Source: an uncultured Thermoplasmatales archaeon (GTDB lineage: Archaea; Thermoplasmatota; E2; UBA202; DSCA01). Taken from it: a stretch of 64,000 bases of DNA. The stretch covers positions 46,459-110,458 of the forward strand of contig CAZESS010000004.1 of the NCBI GenBank assembly GCA_964514975.1, written 5' to 3'. The notes beneath the pieces were generated by a model. It was not told the origin of the DNA. It did no database searches and worked only from the letters and a program-made list of their open reading frames with translations. The position numbers were made by a program, and so were the translations under genes. Positions 49,950 to 59,311 of the stretch are shown in pieces (position 1 is the first letter of the stretch; each line of letters begins with the position of its first letter).

Positions 49950-50375
49950 TTATCCCACCGGTATTTCTATGAGGTTGGCCACCCAGAACTGTTTGGGCAG
50001 CTCGCTGAATATGATGCGTTTGCCGTCCATGTCGGAGAGCACGCTGTCCTGGACGTGTTTCCATTCCACCTGCTTGGAGTAGCCGTCGGCGCCGGCGAAC
50101 GTGTAGTCGTGCGCTGCCGGTTCCGTGACGCCGGCGTGTGTGAGGACGTCGGCCATGGCGATGCCCGTGTAGCGTTCGTCATCGTATCCGGTGATTGTCT
50201 GCTCGGGGTAGATATCGGTGAGCTCCGCATAGGTGATATCCATGCCATTGACGGTGATTCTGTCGGTGGTTTCCTGCTGCTGGAACGACTGGACGTATAT
50301 CGTGGCTGCGGTGCCGAGGAGGAGCAGGCCTGCCGCTATGAGCGGGATGATGCGCCGCGTCGCGGCGTGCTTCAT
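49950..50375 (-). CDS. Membrane-anchored protein resembling a molybdopterin-oxidoreductase-like domain
   Basis: Start 50375; TM helix then YTGIAMADVL...GADGYS...WVANLIEI. Confidence 0.55.
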   Translation of the reverse strand: MKHAATRRIIPLIAAGLLLLGTAATIYVQSFQQQETTDRITVNGMDITYAELTDIYPEQTITGYDDERYTGIAMADVLTHAGVTEPAAHDYTFAGADGYSKQVEWKHVQDSVLSDMDGKRIIFSELPKQFWVANLIEIPVG

Positions 50376-50575
50376 CTCTTGTCCTCCGTGTCGGGCATGG
50401 TCGCGATGAGCCATCCTGCGACGCCGAAGCAGACGAGCACGATGGTCACGGAGTAGATGCCGATGTCCACCCAGGCGCCATAGGTGATGTTCCAGGCAAG
50501 GTAGAATATGATGCCTGCGATGGCTGTCAGGAGTGACACGATTGCCTTGGGATTCCGAACGGTTTCCTGTATCAT
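50372..50575 (-). CDS. Small two-TM membrane protein
   Basis: Two hydrophobic helices; ATGA overlap with downstream gene; follows tRNA-Trp. Confidence 0.6.
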   Translation of the reverse strand: MIQETVRNPKAIVSLLTAIAGIIFYLAWNITYGAWVDIGIYSVTIVLVCFGVAGWLIATMPDTEDKR

Positions 50576-50610
50576 GTTTTCTATCATACTATCGCTCCAT
50601 GTGAGGGGGA

Positions 50611-50752
50611 TGGGAGCACTGGGATTTGAACCCAGATCGGCGGGTCTCTTCTATGGGTCATCGCTCCAGTTAATCGTCACCTTTCGGATGACCCTCTTGT
50701 ATTCATTCCCATAACTGGAGCCCGCAATGATCCCTGGTTACACCATGCTCCC
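50611..50752 (-). tRNA. tRNA-Trp(CCA) with 69-nt intron at 37/38 (50646-50714)
   Basis: Acceptor GGGAGCA/TGCTCCC-A, anticodon stem GCGGG/CCCGC with CTCCAG|intron|A, T arm CTGGG-TTCAAAT-CCCAG. Confidence 0.93.
50646..50714 (-). ncRNA. Intron-encoded box C/D guide RNA
   Basis: Terminal stem TATGGG/CCCATA, C-like ATGAATA, D' CCGA, C' GTGACGA, D-like ATGA; guide AACTGGAGC is complementary to the pre-tRNA's own GCTCCAGTT. Confidence 0.78.
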
Positions 50753-50975
50753 GAGAGGGCAATAGTGTATTACCTCCTCTTATTTAAACTTTAAATTCCG
50801 GCTGGGGTGACATCGTGGCGGGCGGCACCGTTTTCAGGAGGAACATGGCCGGCTGGCGGCGGCTGCCGCGCTGGCGAAAATATCGGGGATGCGGCATGTC
50901 ACGTCCGCCGGTGGTGGAAACATAACGCAAAACAGCCGAAATCTTTTTATAGAACCACTGCCATAGTATACCGAG

Positions 50976-51923
50976 ATGTTGGGAGAAAAAAACACCACAG
51001 CCAAAAAAATAGACGAAATTACCGAATGCCCTGAATGCGAATCGAAACGCATTGTCCAGGATTACCACCGGGGAGAACTTGTCTGTCAGAACTGCGGGCT
51101 CGTCGTCGACGAGTCATTCATCGACCAGGGACCGGAATGGCGCGCATTCGACGCAGAGGAACGAGCCGCCAAAGCCCGAACCGGCCCGCCGACGGACTAC
51201 CGCAGCGGAAAAAATAGCATAAGCACCATCATCCGGGGGACCAGAGACAGCTACGGCCGCTCCATCCCCACAAAAAACAGGTCACAGCTCTACCGCCTCA
51301 AAAAATGGCACCGGCGCATCAGCTCAAAAAGCAGCGTCCAGAGCAAGCTCGCCTCTGCCCTCCAGCAGATGGACCGGCTGTCCTCCGGCCTGGAACTCCC
51401 CAGAAACGCCCGGGAAACAGCCGCGCTCATATACAAAAAAGCCATCGAGGAGGACTTCATCAAGGGACGAAAAATCGATGCCGTCGCCGCCGCAGCGGTC
51501 TACGCCGCCTGCCGGCAGGCCGGCATCCCGCGGACGCTCGATGACGTCGTGGAAGCGTCATCGGTCGATCGGAAAGAAGTCGGGCGGACATACCGCCTGC
51601 TCGCACGGGAACTCTCCCTGAAACTGGTGCCGGCCTCGCCGCAGGACTACGTCGACTACTTCGGCAGCCAGCTCGACCTCAGCCAGACAACAAAGGCCAA
51701 GGCGCTGGACATCCTCCAGCAGGCAGACCAGAAAGGACTGACCTCCGGGCGCGGGCCCACGGGCGTCGCAGCCGCAGCCATCTACATCTCCTCCATCCTG
51801 TGCGGCGAACACCGGACACAGCAGGAGGTCGCAGATGTGGCGGGCGTCACCGAGGTCACCATCCGCAACCGTTACAAGGAATTACCGGAGACTCCGGACG
51901 ACCTCAAGGCCCTGCTTCAGTAG
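50976..51923 (+). CDS. tfb: Transcription initiation factor IIB
   Basis: CPEC...CQNCG Zn ribbon, [11 protein letters not shown]-reader, two cyclin repeats, [14 protein letters not shown]. Confidence 0.95.
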   Translation: MLGEKNTTAKKIDEITECPECESKRIVQDYHRGELVCQNCGLVVDESFIDQGPEWRAFDAEERAAKARTGPPTDYRSGKNSISTIIRGTRDSYGRSIPTKNRSQLYRLKKWHRRISSKSSVQSKLASALQQMDRLSSGLELPRNARETAALIYKKAIEEDFIKGRKIDAVAAAAVYAACRQAGIPRTLDDVVEASSVDRKEVGRTYRLLARELSLKLVPASPQDYVDYFGSQLDLSQTTKAKALDILQQADQKGLTSGRGPTGVAAAAIYISSILCGEHRTQQEVADVAGVTEVTIRNRYKELPETPDDLKALLQ

Positions 51924-52045
51924 CCAGGCAGCCCCACCGGTCTCACGGGCACACATTCGGAGAGCGTGAGCCATGCCGATATCGTTATACTGCACAAAGA
52001 TAACCACAACATTTATATAACACCACGCCTACTGGCGCTCGACGC

Positions 52046-52726
52046 ATGAACCCCGACCTTGTCAACGGCGCAGCCATCGCCGTGTTCATCGGCTGCGTCG
52101 CCCTGTATGCGGCGGTGTTGCACCGGAGCCTGCGCGACCCGACCACGGCGAAACGCGGGCTGCTCAACCTGCTCTACCGGGCGTGGGTGAAACGGGTATC
52201 CCACATGGAGGACACCATCGTCGGCGTGCAGAGCATGCGGAACCTTATCATGTCGACCACGTTTCTCTCATCCGCGATACTTGTCCTGCTCGGTCTGCTG
52301 GTCCGCAACTTCGAGGATTGGATAGACCTGACCGGGGCACCGGCGCATGTCATGGAAATCAAGCTTTTGCTGCTCTTCGGCGTGCTCGTGTTTGCACTGA
52401 TGATGTTTCTGCTGTCGCTCCGCCACATGGTCCGCTTCACGATTCTCATCGGCGTGCCGCCGGAGGACATCGAACAGACAGCCTGCAAGCTGGAAAACGG
52501 CGAAAAGGGGGAGCTCGAGCATCAGCCGCTCCGGCAGAAGGTCTTCGAGCGAGCGATGCACCGCTTCACGTTTGGCATCCGCGCCATCTACTACCTCCTG
52601 GCGGTCATCCTGTGGTTTCTCAACCCCTACGCCTTCGTCGGTGCCACCCTCGTCATCACGGCGCTGCTCATATTTTACCAGGACGTCAAGACACCCTGCC
52701 CGGAGGAGGAAGAGGCACCCATCTAG
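52046..52726 (+). CDS. DUF599-family membrane protein
   Basis: R.AWV, VQSMRNLIMSTTFLSS, GIRAIYY. Confidence 0.82.
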   Translation: MNPDLVNGAAIAVFIGCVALYAAVLHRSLRDPTTAKRGLLNLLYRAWVKRVSHMEDTIVGVQSMRNLIMSTTFLSSAILVLLGLLVRNFEDWIDLTGAPAHVMEIKLLLLFGVLVFALMMFLLSLRHMVRFTILIGVPPEDIEQTACKLENGEKGELEHQPLRQKVFERAMHRFTFGIRAIYYLLAVILWFLNPYAFVGATLVITALLIFYQDVKTPCPEEEEAPI

Positions 52727-53105
52727 CGGTGCGATGCAAGCTTCCGGACGAGCCATCGTCGCGCCGCCGCAGCGAGCATCTCGTCCCATGACCCGAACGA
52801 GGTATGCACGGCGACATAGCGGTCATAGCGCTCGCTGTTGAAGGCCTCGGTGGGGCTCTCGAATCCCGTCTCGCAGATGGTGCATGTGAGACCACCGCCG
52901 GCAAGATCCTCGGGCACGAACTGACCGCTCTGCAGCAGGAACGACTCGATGTCCGATGCATCGGTATGGGTTCCCATGAAGTCTGATGGAAACAGCTCGG
53001 CGAGCGGAACGCGCTGCCCTTCCTGCAGCTGTCCGAGGTGCTCCCGCATATCCTCGAGAGGTGCTCCACCTCTTTTATGTCCTCCGCATCCACGCTATCG
53101 GCCAT
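52723..53105 (-). pseudogene. Hypothetical protein with probable 1-nt frameshift near 53057
   Basis: ATG 53105 with GGAGAGGGTG upstream gives MADSVDAEDIKEVEHL; adding one base joins it to (L)EDMREHLGQLQEGQRVPL... (ORF 52723-53049). Confidence 0.55.
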
Positions 53106-53272
53106 CGTCTACACCCCTCTCCTGTTCATTCTCCCGGCGCCATTTATAGGTTGACCTGAACAAAAAAGGGAAAACCGGATGAGGCTCCCGGCCACATTGG
53201 CCCGTCACTGCCACCGTGGCATCCCCGGGGAGAACACATCAGACGGCGTTGCAAGGACAGGCATACGCCCCG

Positions 53273-53554
53273 CTAATGGGAGATATAGTCGGCGATGCTG
53301 GTTCCGTCTATCATGACGGTGCAGACCAGCGCGTCGTCCTCGATGTCCACCGGCTCTGCCAGCGTGACCTGTTCGCCGAACAGCAGCTCCATCAGCCTGT
53401 TTTTGACTGCCTCGTAGCCGGGCATGCCGGGCGCCGGGGCCGTGTAGCCCGTCGCATGGACAAGCACGCCGTTTTCACCCTGCCATTTCCAGAACGGCTG
53501 TACCTCGAAGGTGTTCCCATCATGTATCTTGGCTACCTCGAATGTTTCCTGCAT
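53273..53554 (-). CDS. Small thermonuclease (SNase)-like protein, apparently degenerate
   Basis: VAKIHDGNTFEV, GYTAP, L..LLFGEQVTL pattern, with substitutions at the usual DGDT / R / PE positions. Confidence 0.55.
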   Translation of the reverse strand: MQETFEVAKIHDGNTFEVQPFWKWQGENGVLVHATGYTAPAPGMPGYEAVKNRLMELLFGEQVTLAEPVDIEDDALVCTVMIDGTSIADYISH

Positions 53555-53598
53555 TATCCCTGGAGAAAGAACGGTTGTTTATAAACATACCCGTAGAG

Positions 53599-53961
53599 CT
53601 ATTCCCTGATGATGAGCCAGGCGTCCTCGCCGGCTTTTTTGAAGGGAACGAGCACGTATTGCCCCTCAAGCCGCTCGCCGTGCAGCATAAACTTGATTTC
53701 GTCGTCCTCCCGCTTCAAAAGCTCATAGGTGCCCCTGTCCCAGATGGAGACCTCGCCGGCGCCATACCGGCCCTCGGGAATCGTGCCCTCAAAATCCATG
53801 TACCCGAGGTCATGGTCCGCTGTCTGGATGGCCAGCCGTTTCTCCCCCTGTTCCTCCGGCATCTGCTTCGGAACCGCCCATGACCTGGCAACGTCGCCCA
53901 TCTCAAGGCGGAGGTCGTAATGATGGCTGCTGGCATCGTGCTCCTGCACCACGAAGCGCAT
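53599..53961 (-). CDS. Stand-alone LigD 3'-phosphoesterase domain protein
   Basis: Start 53961; RFVVQEH.A..HYDLRLE, SWAVPK, KRLAIQT.DH...Y..FEG.IPEG.YGAG.V.IWD.G. Confidence 0.92.
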   Translation of the reverse strand: MRFVVQEHDASSHHYDLRLEMGDVARSWAVPKQMPEEQGEKRLAIQTADHDLGYMDFEGTIPEGRYGAGEVSIWDRGTYELLKREDDEIKFMLHGERLEGQYVLVPFKKAGEDAWLIIRE

Positions 53962-54124
53962 ACACCGGCATCCTGCCATGTGTTAAAAAACTTCGCTCAA
54001 AAACGCGGCCTATCCCATATTTCGCCGGGATGGACATGTCAGCAGGGCATCCCGCCATCGGATGCACAAAGCTTTTTACACGGCACCCGTTGTATATAGC
54101 GTCCTGAAGGGAACGGATCACACC

Positions 54125-55813
54125 ATGAACGTCGAGGTTGCACTCTCCCTGGCCCCGCTGTTCATCGGCGGGCTGCTATCGCTGTCGCTGCTGGCATCGC
54201 TCTGGCCGCGGCGACACACGCCGATGGTCGCCGTGTTCATCCATTTCCTGGGGCTCGCTGCGCTGTGGTCGTTTGCCTATGCCTTCGAGCTCTGGGCGGG
54301 CACCTTTGACGGCAGCCTGTTCTGGAAAAAAGCCAAATATCTCGGCATCTCGTTTATCCCCGTCCTGTGGCTCACGTTCACCCTGCAGTATACGGGCCAG
54401 GAGCGATGGACGCAGCGTCGCTACATGCTGCTGCTCTCCCTTGTACCAACGGTCTGCCTGGCCGCCCTCTGGACGAACCAGTATCATCACCTGTTTTATC
54501 CATCAACGGCGGAGGCAACAATCGGGCCGTTCACCGGCGTTGCCACCACCGGCGGCGTCCTGTTCTGGCTGAACTCGGGCTATGCATATCTGCTCATCGT
54601 GGCCGGAGTGGTCATCCTGCTTCACTCTGTTTTATCGGCGCAGCATATCTACACCCGGCAGGCGGTAGTGCTCTCCGGAGGTATCCTGATGCCGCTGGTC
54701 GCAAACGCCTGCTACATTTCAGGCATGTGCCCGTTTCCGTTCGACTACGACCTGACACCCTCAATGTTCGTCGTCGCCGGCATCGCGGTCTGGTGGAGCA
54801 TATTCCGGCTCCGATTTCTCGAGGTGGTACCCATCGCCCGGGAGACACTGATGGAAAACCTGAACGACGCGATCATGGTGCTCGACAGCGACAACAAAAT
54901 CGTGGACGTCAACCAGGTCGCCCGGGACATGATACAACAGAAGCTGGTTCGTTCGCCACGTCGACAGGTCATCGGCACCCGGGCAGAAACGCTCTTCCCC
55001 CACCGCCCCGAGCTGGTGGAACGGTATGGCAGCGCCAGAGACGCCCAGGGGGAAATAAAGCTGCACATCGGCGGAGAACAGCGATGGTACGACGTCACCA
55101 TCTCCCCATTGCACACCTCATCCGGACGATACGTCGGCCGGGTCGTCAGCCTCCGGGACATCACGGAGCGCAAGCGAGCGGAGGACCGCATCACACGGCT
55201 CAACGACAGCCTCCGTCTCATCAACAAAATCATGCGCCACGACATCCTCAACCACATCCAGGTTGCATCCAGCGCCCTCGAGCTCAGCCGTGAGGAATCC
55301 GATGAGGAGCTCTACGACACCGCCCTGTCCCACATCAGCCAGACCGTCGAGGTCATCGAGCGGATGCGCGAGCTCGAACAGCTCATCGCCGCCGGCGGCC
55401 AGCTCGAGCGCTACAGCGTCGCCGAGGTCGCCCGGGAGGTGCTCGAAACCACCAGCATAGACACCTCCATCGAGGGCGACTGCACCGTGATGGCCGACGA
55501 GGCCCTGCACTCGGCCATCCAGAACCTGGTCAGCAACGCCGCCATCCATGGCAGCGCTGACAGCGTCACCATAACAGCCGAGGCATCCAAGCGGGAATGC
55601 GTCGTCCGCGTCGCCGACACCGGCAGCGGCATCCCCGACGAGATAAAAAAGCGGGTGTTCGAGGAACGCTATAGCCATGGCAGCAACGCCGGAACGGGCC
55701 TCGGCCTCTACCTGGTCCGGCAGACCATGCAGCGCTACGGCGGCAGCGTCGCCATCGAGGACAACATGCCGCAGGGAACGGTCGTCATCCTCCGGTTTCC
55801 CTCCAGCGGATAG
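54125..55813 (+). CDS. 7TM-PAS sensor histidine kinase
   Basis: N-terminal 7TM (WLTFTLQYTG, DLTP), PAS (RDITERK), H-box RHDILN, N-box NLVSNA, G-boxes DTGSGI and GTGLGL. Confidence 0.9.
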   Translation: MNVEVALSLAPLFIGGLLSLSLLASLWPRRHTPMVAVFIHFLGLAALWSFAYAFELWAGTFDGSLFWKKAKYLGISFIPVLWLTFTLQYTGQERWTQRRYMLLLSLVPTVCLAALWTNQYHHLFYPSTAEATIGPFTGVATTGGVLFWLNSGYAYLLIVAGVVILLHSVLSAQHIYTRQAVVLSGGILMPLVANACYISGMCPFPFDYDLTPSMFVVAGIAVWWSIFRLRFLEVVPIARETLMENLNDAIMVLDSDNKIVDVNQVARDMIQQKLVRSPRRQVIGTRAETLFPHRPELVERYGSARDAQGEIKLHIGGEQRWYDVTISPLHTSSGRYVGRVVSLRDITERKRAEDRITRLNDSLRLINKIMRHDILNHIQVASSALELSREESDEELYDTALSHISQTVEVIERMRELEQLIAAGGQLERYSVAEVAREVLETTSIDTSIEGDCTVMADEALHSAIQNLVSNAAIHGSADSVTITAEASKRECVVRVADTGSGIPDEIKKRVFEERYSHGSNAGTGLGLYLVRQTMQRYGGSVAIEDNMPQGTVVILRFPSSG

Positions 55814-55852
55814 AGAGCAAACCTTTTTCTATCCCCATCTGCTACAGTTTTC

Positions 55853-55993
55853 ATGGAGATGGCAGGGCTCTGCGCCATATGCGGCCAGCCGGGCGCCATG
55901 CACACATGCAGCCTGTGCGGCCAGAACGTCTGCAGCATGCATTACGACGCAGCCCATAGCGTCTGCACCTCATGCATGCAGGGAAAACGGTAA
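55853..55993 (+). CDS. 46-aa Cys/His zinc-finger microprotein
   Basis: Manual translation MEMAGLCAICGQPGAMHTCSLCGQNVCSMHYDAAHSVCTSCMQGKR (CxxC, CxxC, CxxH, CxxC); fills the gap before ribH. Confidence 0.78.
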   Translation: MEMAGLCAICGQPGAMHTCSLCGQNVCSMHYDAAHSVCTSCMQGKR

Positions 55994-56028
55994 GCAAAAC
56001 AATATAAACAACGAGCCAATAACGGGGT

Positions 56029-56478
56029 ATGCGAAGCGAAAACGAAGGCAGCGACGTCATCAGGCTGGGCTTCGTGGTCTCAGAGTTCCACTATGACATC
56101 ACCATGATGATGATGGAGCGCGCCCGCGAGCATGCACATTTTCTGGGCGCCCAGGTCGTCAAAATCGTCCGGGTGCCAGGCGTCTTCGACATGGGGCTGG
56201 CCATCAAACGGCTCCTGCAGAGCATCAACATCGACGGCGTCGTCGCCATCGGCGCAGTGATAGAGGGCGAAACGGAGCACGACGACATCGTCATGCAACA
56301 CGCATCGAGAAAAATCACCGACCTATCCATCGAATACGAGAAGCCCGTCGGGCTGGGCATCACCGGACCGGGCATGAGCCGGATGCAGGCCGAGGAGCGC
56401 ATCGAGCGGGCCAAGGCAGCCGTCGAAAGCGTCGTCAAGATGCACAAAGCCCTCCACCACCATGAGGAAGCTGCTTGA
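56029..56478 (+). CDS. ribH: 6,7-dimethyl-8-ribityllumazine synthase
   Basis: VVSEF, VPGVFD, GAVIEGETEHD, KPVGLGITGPG. Confidence 0.92.
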   Translation: MRSENEGSDVIRLGFVVSEFHYDITMMMMERAREHAHFLGAQVVKIVRVPGVFDMGLAIKRLLQSINIDGVVAIGAVIEGETEHDDIVMQHASRKITDLSIEYEKPVGLGITGPGMSRMQAEERIERAKAAVESVVKMHKALHHHEEAA

Positions 56479-57205
56479 AAACAGGACAGCCCTGATAACC
56501 GGTGCATCCCGGGGCATCGGCCGAGCCACCGCCGTCACGTTCGCCAGGGAGGGCGCCTATGTCGGCGTCAACTACCGCAGCAGCGACAGCGCCGCACAGG
56601 AGACCCTCGAGATGGTGCAACAGCACAGCGACGGCATGCTCCTCCAGGCCGACGTCTCAAGAGAGGGCGAAGTCAAAACCATGATACAGGAGCTGGCCGA
56701 GCATCGCGACGCTATCGACATCGTGGTCAACAACGCCGGCATATACAAAAGAGCCACCGTCGACCAGAAAACGCTGGAGGACTGGCGCCAGGTTTTGGAT
56801 GTCAACCTCACCGGCTGCTTTCTCGTTACAAAGCATGCGCTGCAACATGTGCCGGATGGCGGACGCCTCATATTCATCTCATCGCAACGCGGGTTCAAGG
56901 GCTCGCCGCACGGTGCAGACTACGCGGCCAGCAAGGCCGGCATGCTCGGCCTGATGCGAAGCCTGGCCCGGGAGCTCGCCAAGCGCGACATCACGTCGAA
57001 CGCGGTGGCACCGGGCACCGTCGACACCGACATGATATCGGGACTGTCGGGCGAACGCCGCAAAAAGTACATCCGGCGCATCCCGATGAAACGGCTCGGC
57101 AGGCCGCAGGAGATCGCCGACGCCTGCCTGTACCTGGCCTCGGACATGGCCAGCTACGTCACCGGGGAGACCATCAACGTCAACGGCGGACTGTATATAC
57201 ATTGA
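56462..57205 (+). CDS. Short-chain dehydrogenase/reductase (FabG-like)
   Basis: TGASRGIG, NNAG, YAASK, VAPG, VTGETINVNGG. Confidence 0.9.
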   Translation: MRKLLENRTALITGASRGIGRATAVTFAREGAYVGVNYRSSDSAAQETLEMVQQHSDGMLLQADVSREGEVKTMIQELAEHRDAIDIVVNNAGIYKRATVDQKTLEDWRQVLDVNLTGCFLVTKHALQHVPDGGRLIFISSQRGFKGSPHGADYAASKAGMLGLMRSLARELAKRDITSNAVAPGTVDTDMISGLSGERRKKYIRRIPMKRLGRPQEIADACLYLASDMASYVTGETINVNGGLYIH

Positions 57206-57296
57206 CTATTTTGATAGTACCCTACCTGTAGATGCGGCTACATAATTTTGGGTAAATTTAATAATTGCATTCTTGATGTATGTTGTCAGCGATAGG

Positions 57297-57827
57297 ATGG
57301 CCTATACGGTAGATGACATCGCTATTAAAAAGTTAGAAGAAGAGGATCTGGAGGCACTTGCTGATTTTTGTAGTTCATATTCTGATTTAGAGGAATTTCT
57401 GAAAGATGATGCTTTCCGGGATCAGTCTGTTAATGTTTCTGTTACATATCTGGTCTATGACAGGGAAGAGCGGCTGTTGGCCTACATCACGTTGCTGAGT
57501 GATTCGCTGCGAATTAAACGAGATGAGGAACTGCGGGAGCATTTTAGAGACCTGGGGATTTATTATCCGTATCTGCCTGCGTTGAAGATTGGACGGTTAT
57601 GTATCCGGGATGAGTACTGGAGAAACAATCTTGGTACCTTGTTGCTCCGGTTTGCCGTCCGTGTTGCATGGGAGATAAGCGAAAGGTGCGGCTGCCGTTT
57701 TGTTACTATCGACGCGAAAAACCATGGGGATGGACCAATCGATTTTTATCGGGATTTCGGGTTTACGGAGTTAACGACGAAAACGGGTGATACTGTTCCG
57801 ATGTACCTGGATATTCTTACTCTTTGA
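57297..57827 (+). CDS. GNAT acetyltransferase, toxin-like
   Basis: L..F.S...DLEEFLK.DA, PALKIGRL, GCRFVTIDA, FY..FGF; visibly AT-richer than flanks. Confidence 0.85.
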   Translation: MAYTVDDIAIKKLEEEDLEALADFCSSYSDLEEFLKDDAFRDQSVNVSVTYLVYDREERLLAYITLLSDSLRIKRDEELREHFRDLGIYYPYLPALKIGRLCIRDEYWRNNLGTLLLRFAVRVAWEISERCGCRFVTIDAKNHGDGPIDFYRDFGFTELTTKTGDTVPMYLDILTL

Positions 57828-57972
57828 CGTTGAATTCTATGGAAAACGCTCGCTGTTTCGCTTTCCTGATTTGTTCCGATGTCAGTTCTTTGTTGGTTTC
57901 GGCTAACCGGCGGAGGAATCGCTCCGCATCTTCTCCTTCGAGGGGGGGCGTTGGTTCGATTGGTTTAGCCAT
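57817..57972 (-). CDS. 51-aa peptide, candidate GNAT partner/antitoxin
   Basis: Manual translation MAKPIEPTPPLEGEDAERFLRRLAETNKELTSEQIRKAKQRAFSIEFNVKE; GGTGA SD-like element and TATAAA upstream on the minus strand. Confidence 0.7.
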   Translation of the reverse strand: MAKPIEPTPPLEGEDAERFLRRLAETNKELTSEQIRKAKQRAFSIEFNVKE

Positions 57973-58180
57973 TTCGTTTCACCCGATACATCAAGAGCCT
58001 CGCCGTTTATATACATTTTCCTTCTTTTTATGCGCGCTATCGACCGTGCCATGATATGTAGGCCGAATAAAAGCTGCACCAAAAGGCCCTTTTTCAGAAA
58101 AAGGTTCGCGAAAAAGCATTTTTTAGAAAACTACTTACAGCATCGGCTGATAAAGCCCTGTAGCATTCAGGGAAGAGAAC

Positions 58181-59311
58181 ATGGACATTGCATGGTTCAC
58201 GGACACCTGGCTTCCCACCCGGGACGGCGTGGTCACCTCGCTCCAGAGCTTCAAAGGCGAGCTGGAGGAGCGCGGGCATCGCGTGTACCTGTTCGCACCG
58301 GGAACAGAAAACCATGACGACCTGGATGAAAACATTTTTATCTACAAAGGACGGACGTTCAGGGGTTACCCGAGCTACCGCGTGCCACCGATTCGCTCGC
58401 TGCTCACGCGGCGGACGGAGCGCCACATCGCCAGGATACAGCCCGACATCATCCATTCACATGGACCGGCCATTATGGGCGTCCACGCCGTCAAAGCCGC
58501 CCGCCATAGCAATGCACCGTTGCTTTTCACCTACCACACCATGCTCGAGGACTCCCTGCACTTCGTCACCACGATGCCGCTCACGCAGGCCATCGTCGGG
58601 CGGCTGCTCCCGATATGGCTCCGCTGGTACTTCCACCGCTGCCAGGGCGTCATAGCCCCGAGCCGTGCAGCGGCGATGGAAATCAGTCGCTATAGCAACG
58701 TGCCCATAGAGGTCATCCCGACGGGCATCGACCTCCAGCGCTTCCACCAGGCAGACGGCACAAGGGTGCGGCACCGGCATGACCTCGCGGGGGCGGTTGT
58801 CCTGCACGTCGGCCGGATCGTCCAGGAGAAAAACCTCGACCTGCTCGTTTGGGCGGCGCCGCGCATCCTCAGGGAAAAACCGGATGCCATGTTTGTGGTC
58901 GTCGGCACCGGGCCATACGCCCCGGCGGTGCAGCGGCACGTCGAGCAAAAAGGACTGTCAGACCATTTCGTGTTCCCTGGGTTTGTCCCCGACGAGGAGC
59001 TACCCGGCTACTATGCGGCTGCGGACGTCTTCGCGTTTCCCTCGACCTATGAGACGCAGGGTATCGTCGCCATAGAGGCCATGGTCACAGGGACGGCAGT
59101 CGTCGCCGCGGCGGCGCGCTCGCTCCCCGAGCTCATCCGGGACGGCGAAAACGGTTTCCTGTTCCAGCCCGGCGATATGGGAGCGCTGGCCGACCGCGTC
59201 ATCGAGGCGCTCGATGCGGACGTTGAAGCGGCGGCACGGCGGACAGCCGAAGAGTTTTCACGGGAGCGATGCACCGACCACCTTGTTTCATACTACGAGC
59301 GGTTTCTATGA
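58181..59311 (+). CDS. GT4-family glycosyltransferase
   Basis: FTDTWLP..DGV.TS, TYHT, VGRIVQEKN, ETQGIVAIEA. Confidence 0.9.
   Translation: MDIAWFTDTWLPTRDGVVTSLQSFKGELEERGHRVYLFAPGTENHDDLDENIFIYKGRTFRGYPSYRVPPIRSLLTRRTERHIARIQPDIIHSHGPAIMGVHAVKAARHSNAPLLFTYHTMLEDSLHFVTTMPLTQAIVGRLLPIWLRWYFHRCQGVIAPSRAAAMEISRYSNVPIEVIPTGIDLQRFHQADGTRVRHRHDLAGAVVLHVGRIVQEKNLDLLVWAAPRILREKPDAMFVVVGTGPYAPAVQRHVEQKGLSDHFVFPGFVPDEELPGYYAAADVFAFPSTYETQGIVAIEAMVTGTAVVAAAARSLPELIRDGENGFLFQPGDMGALADRVIEALDADVEAAARRTAEEFSRERCTDHLVSYYERFL

Noticed and set aside
40579-50752. Integrated island bounded by the two tRNAs
   Set aside because: No duplicated tRNA 3' end or integrase noticed, and the enclosed genes are mostly ordinary archaeal genes.
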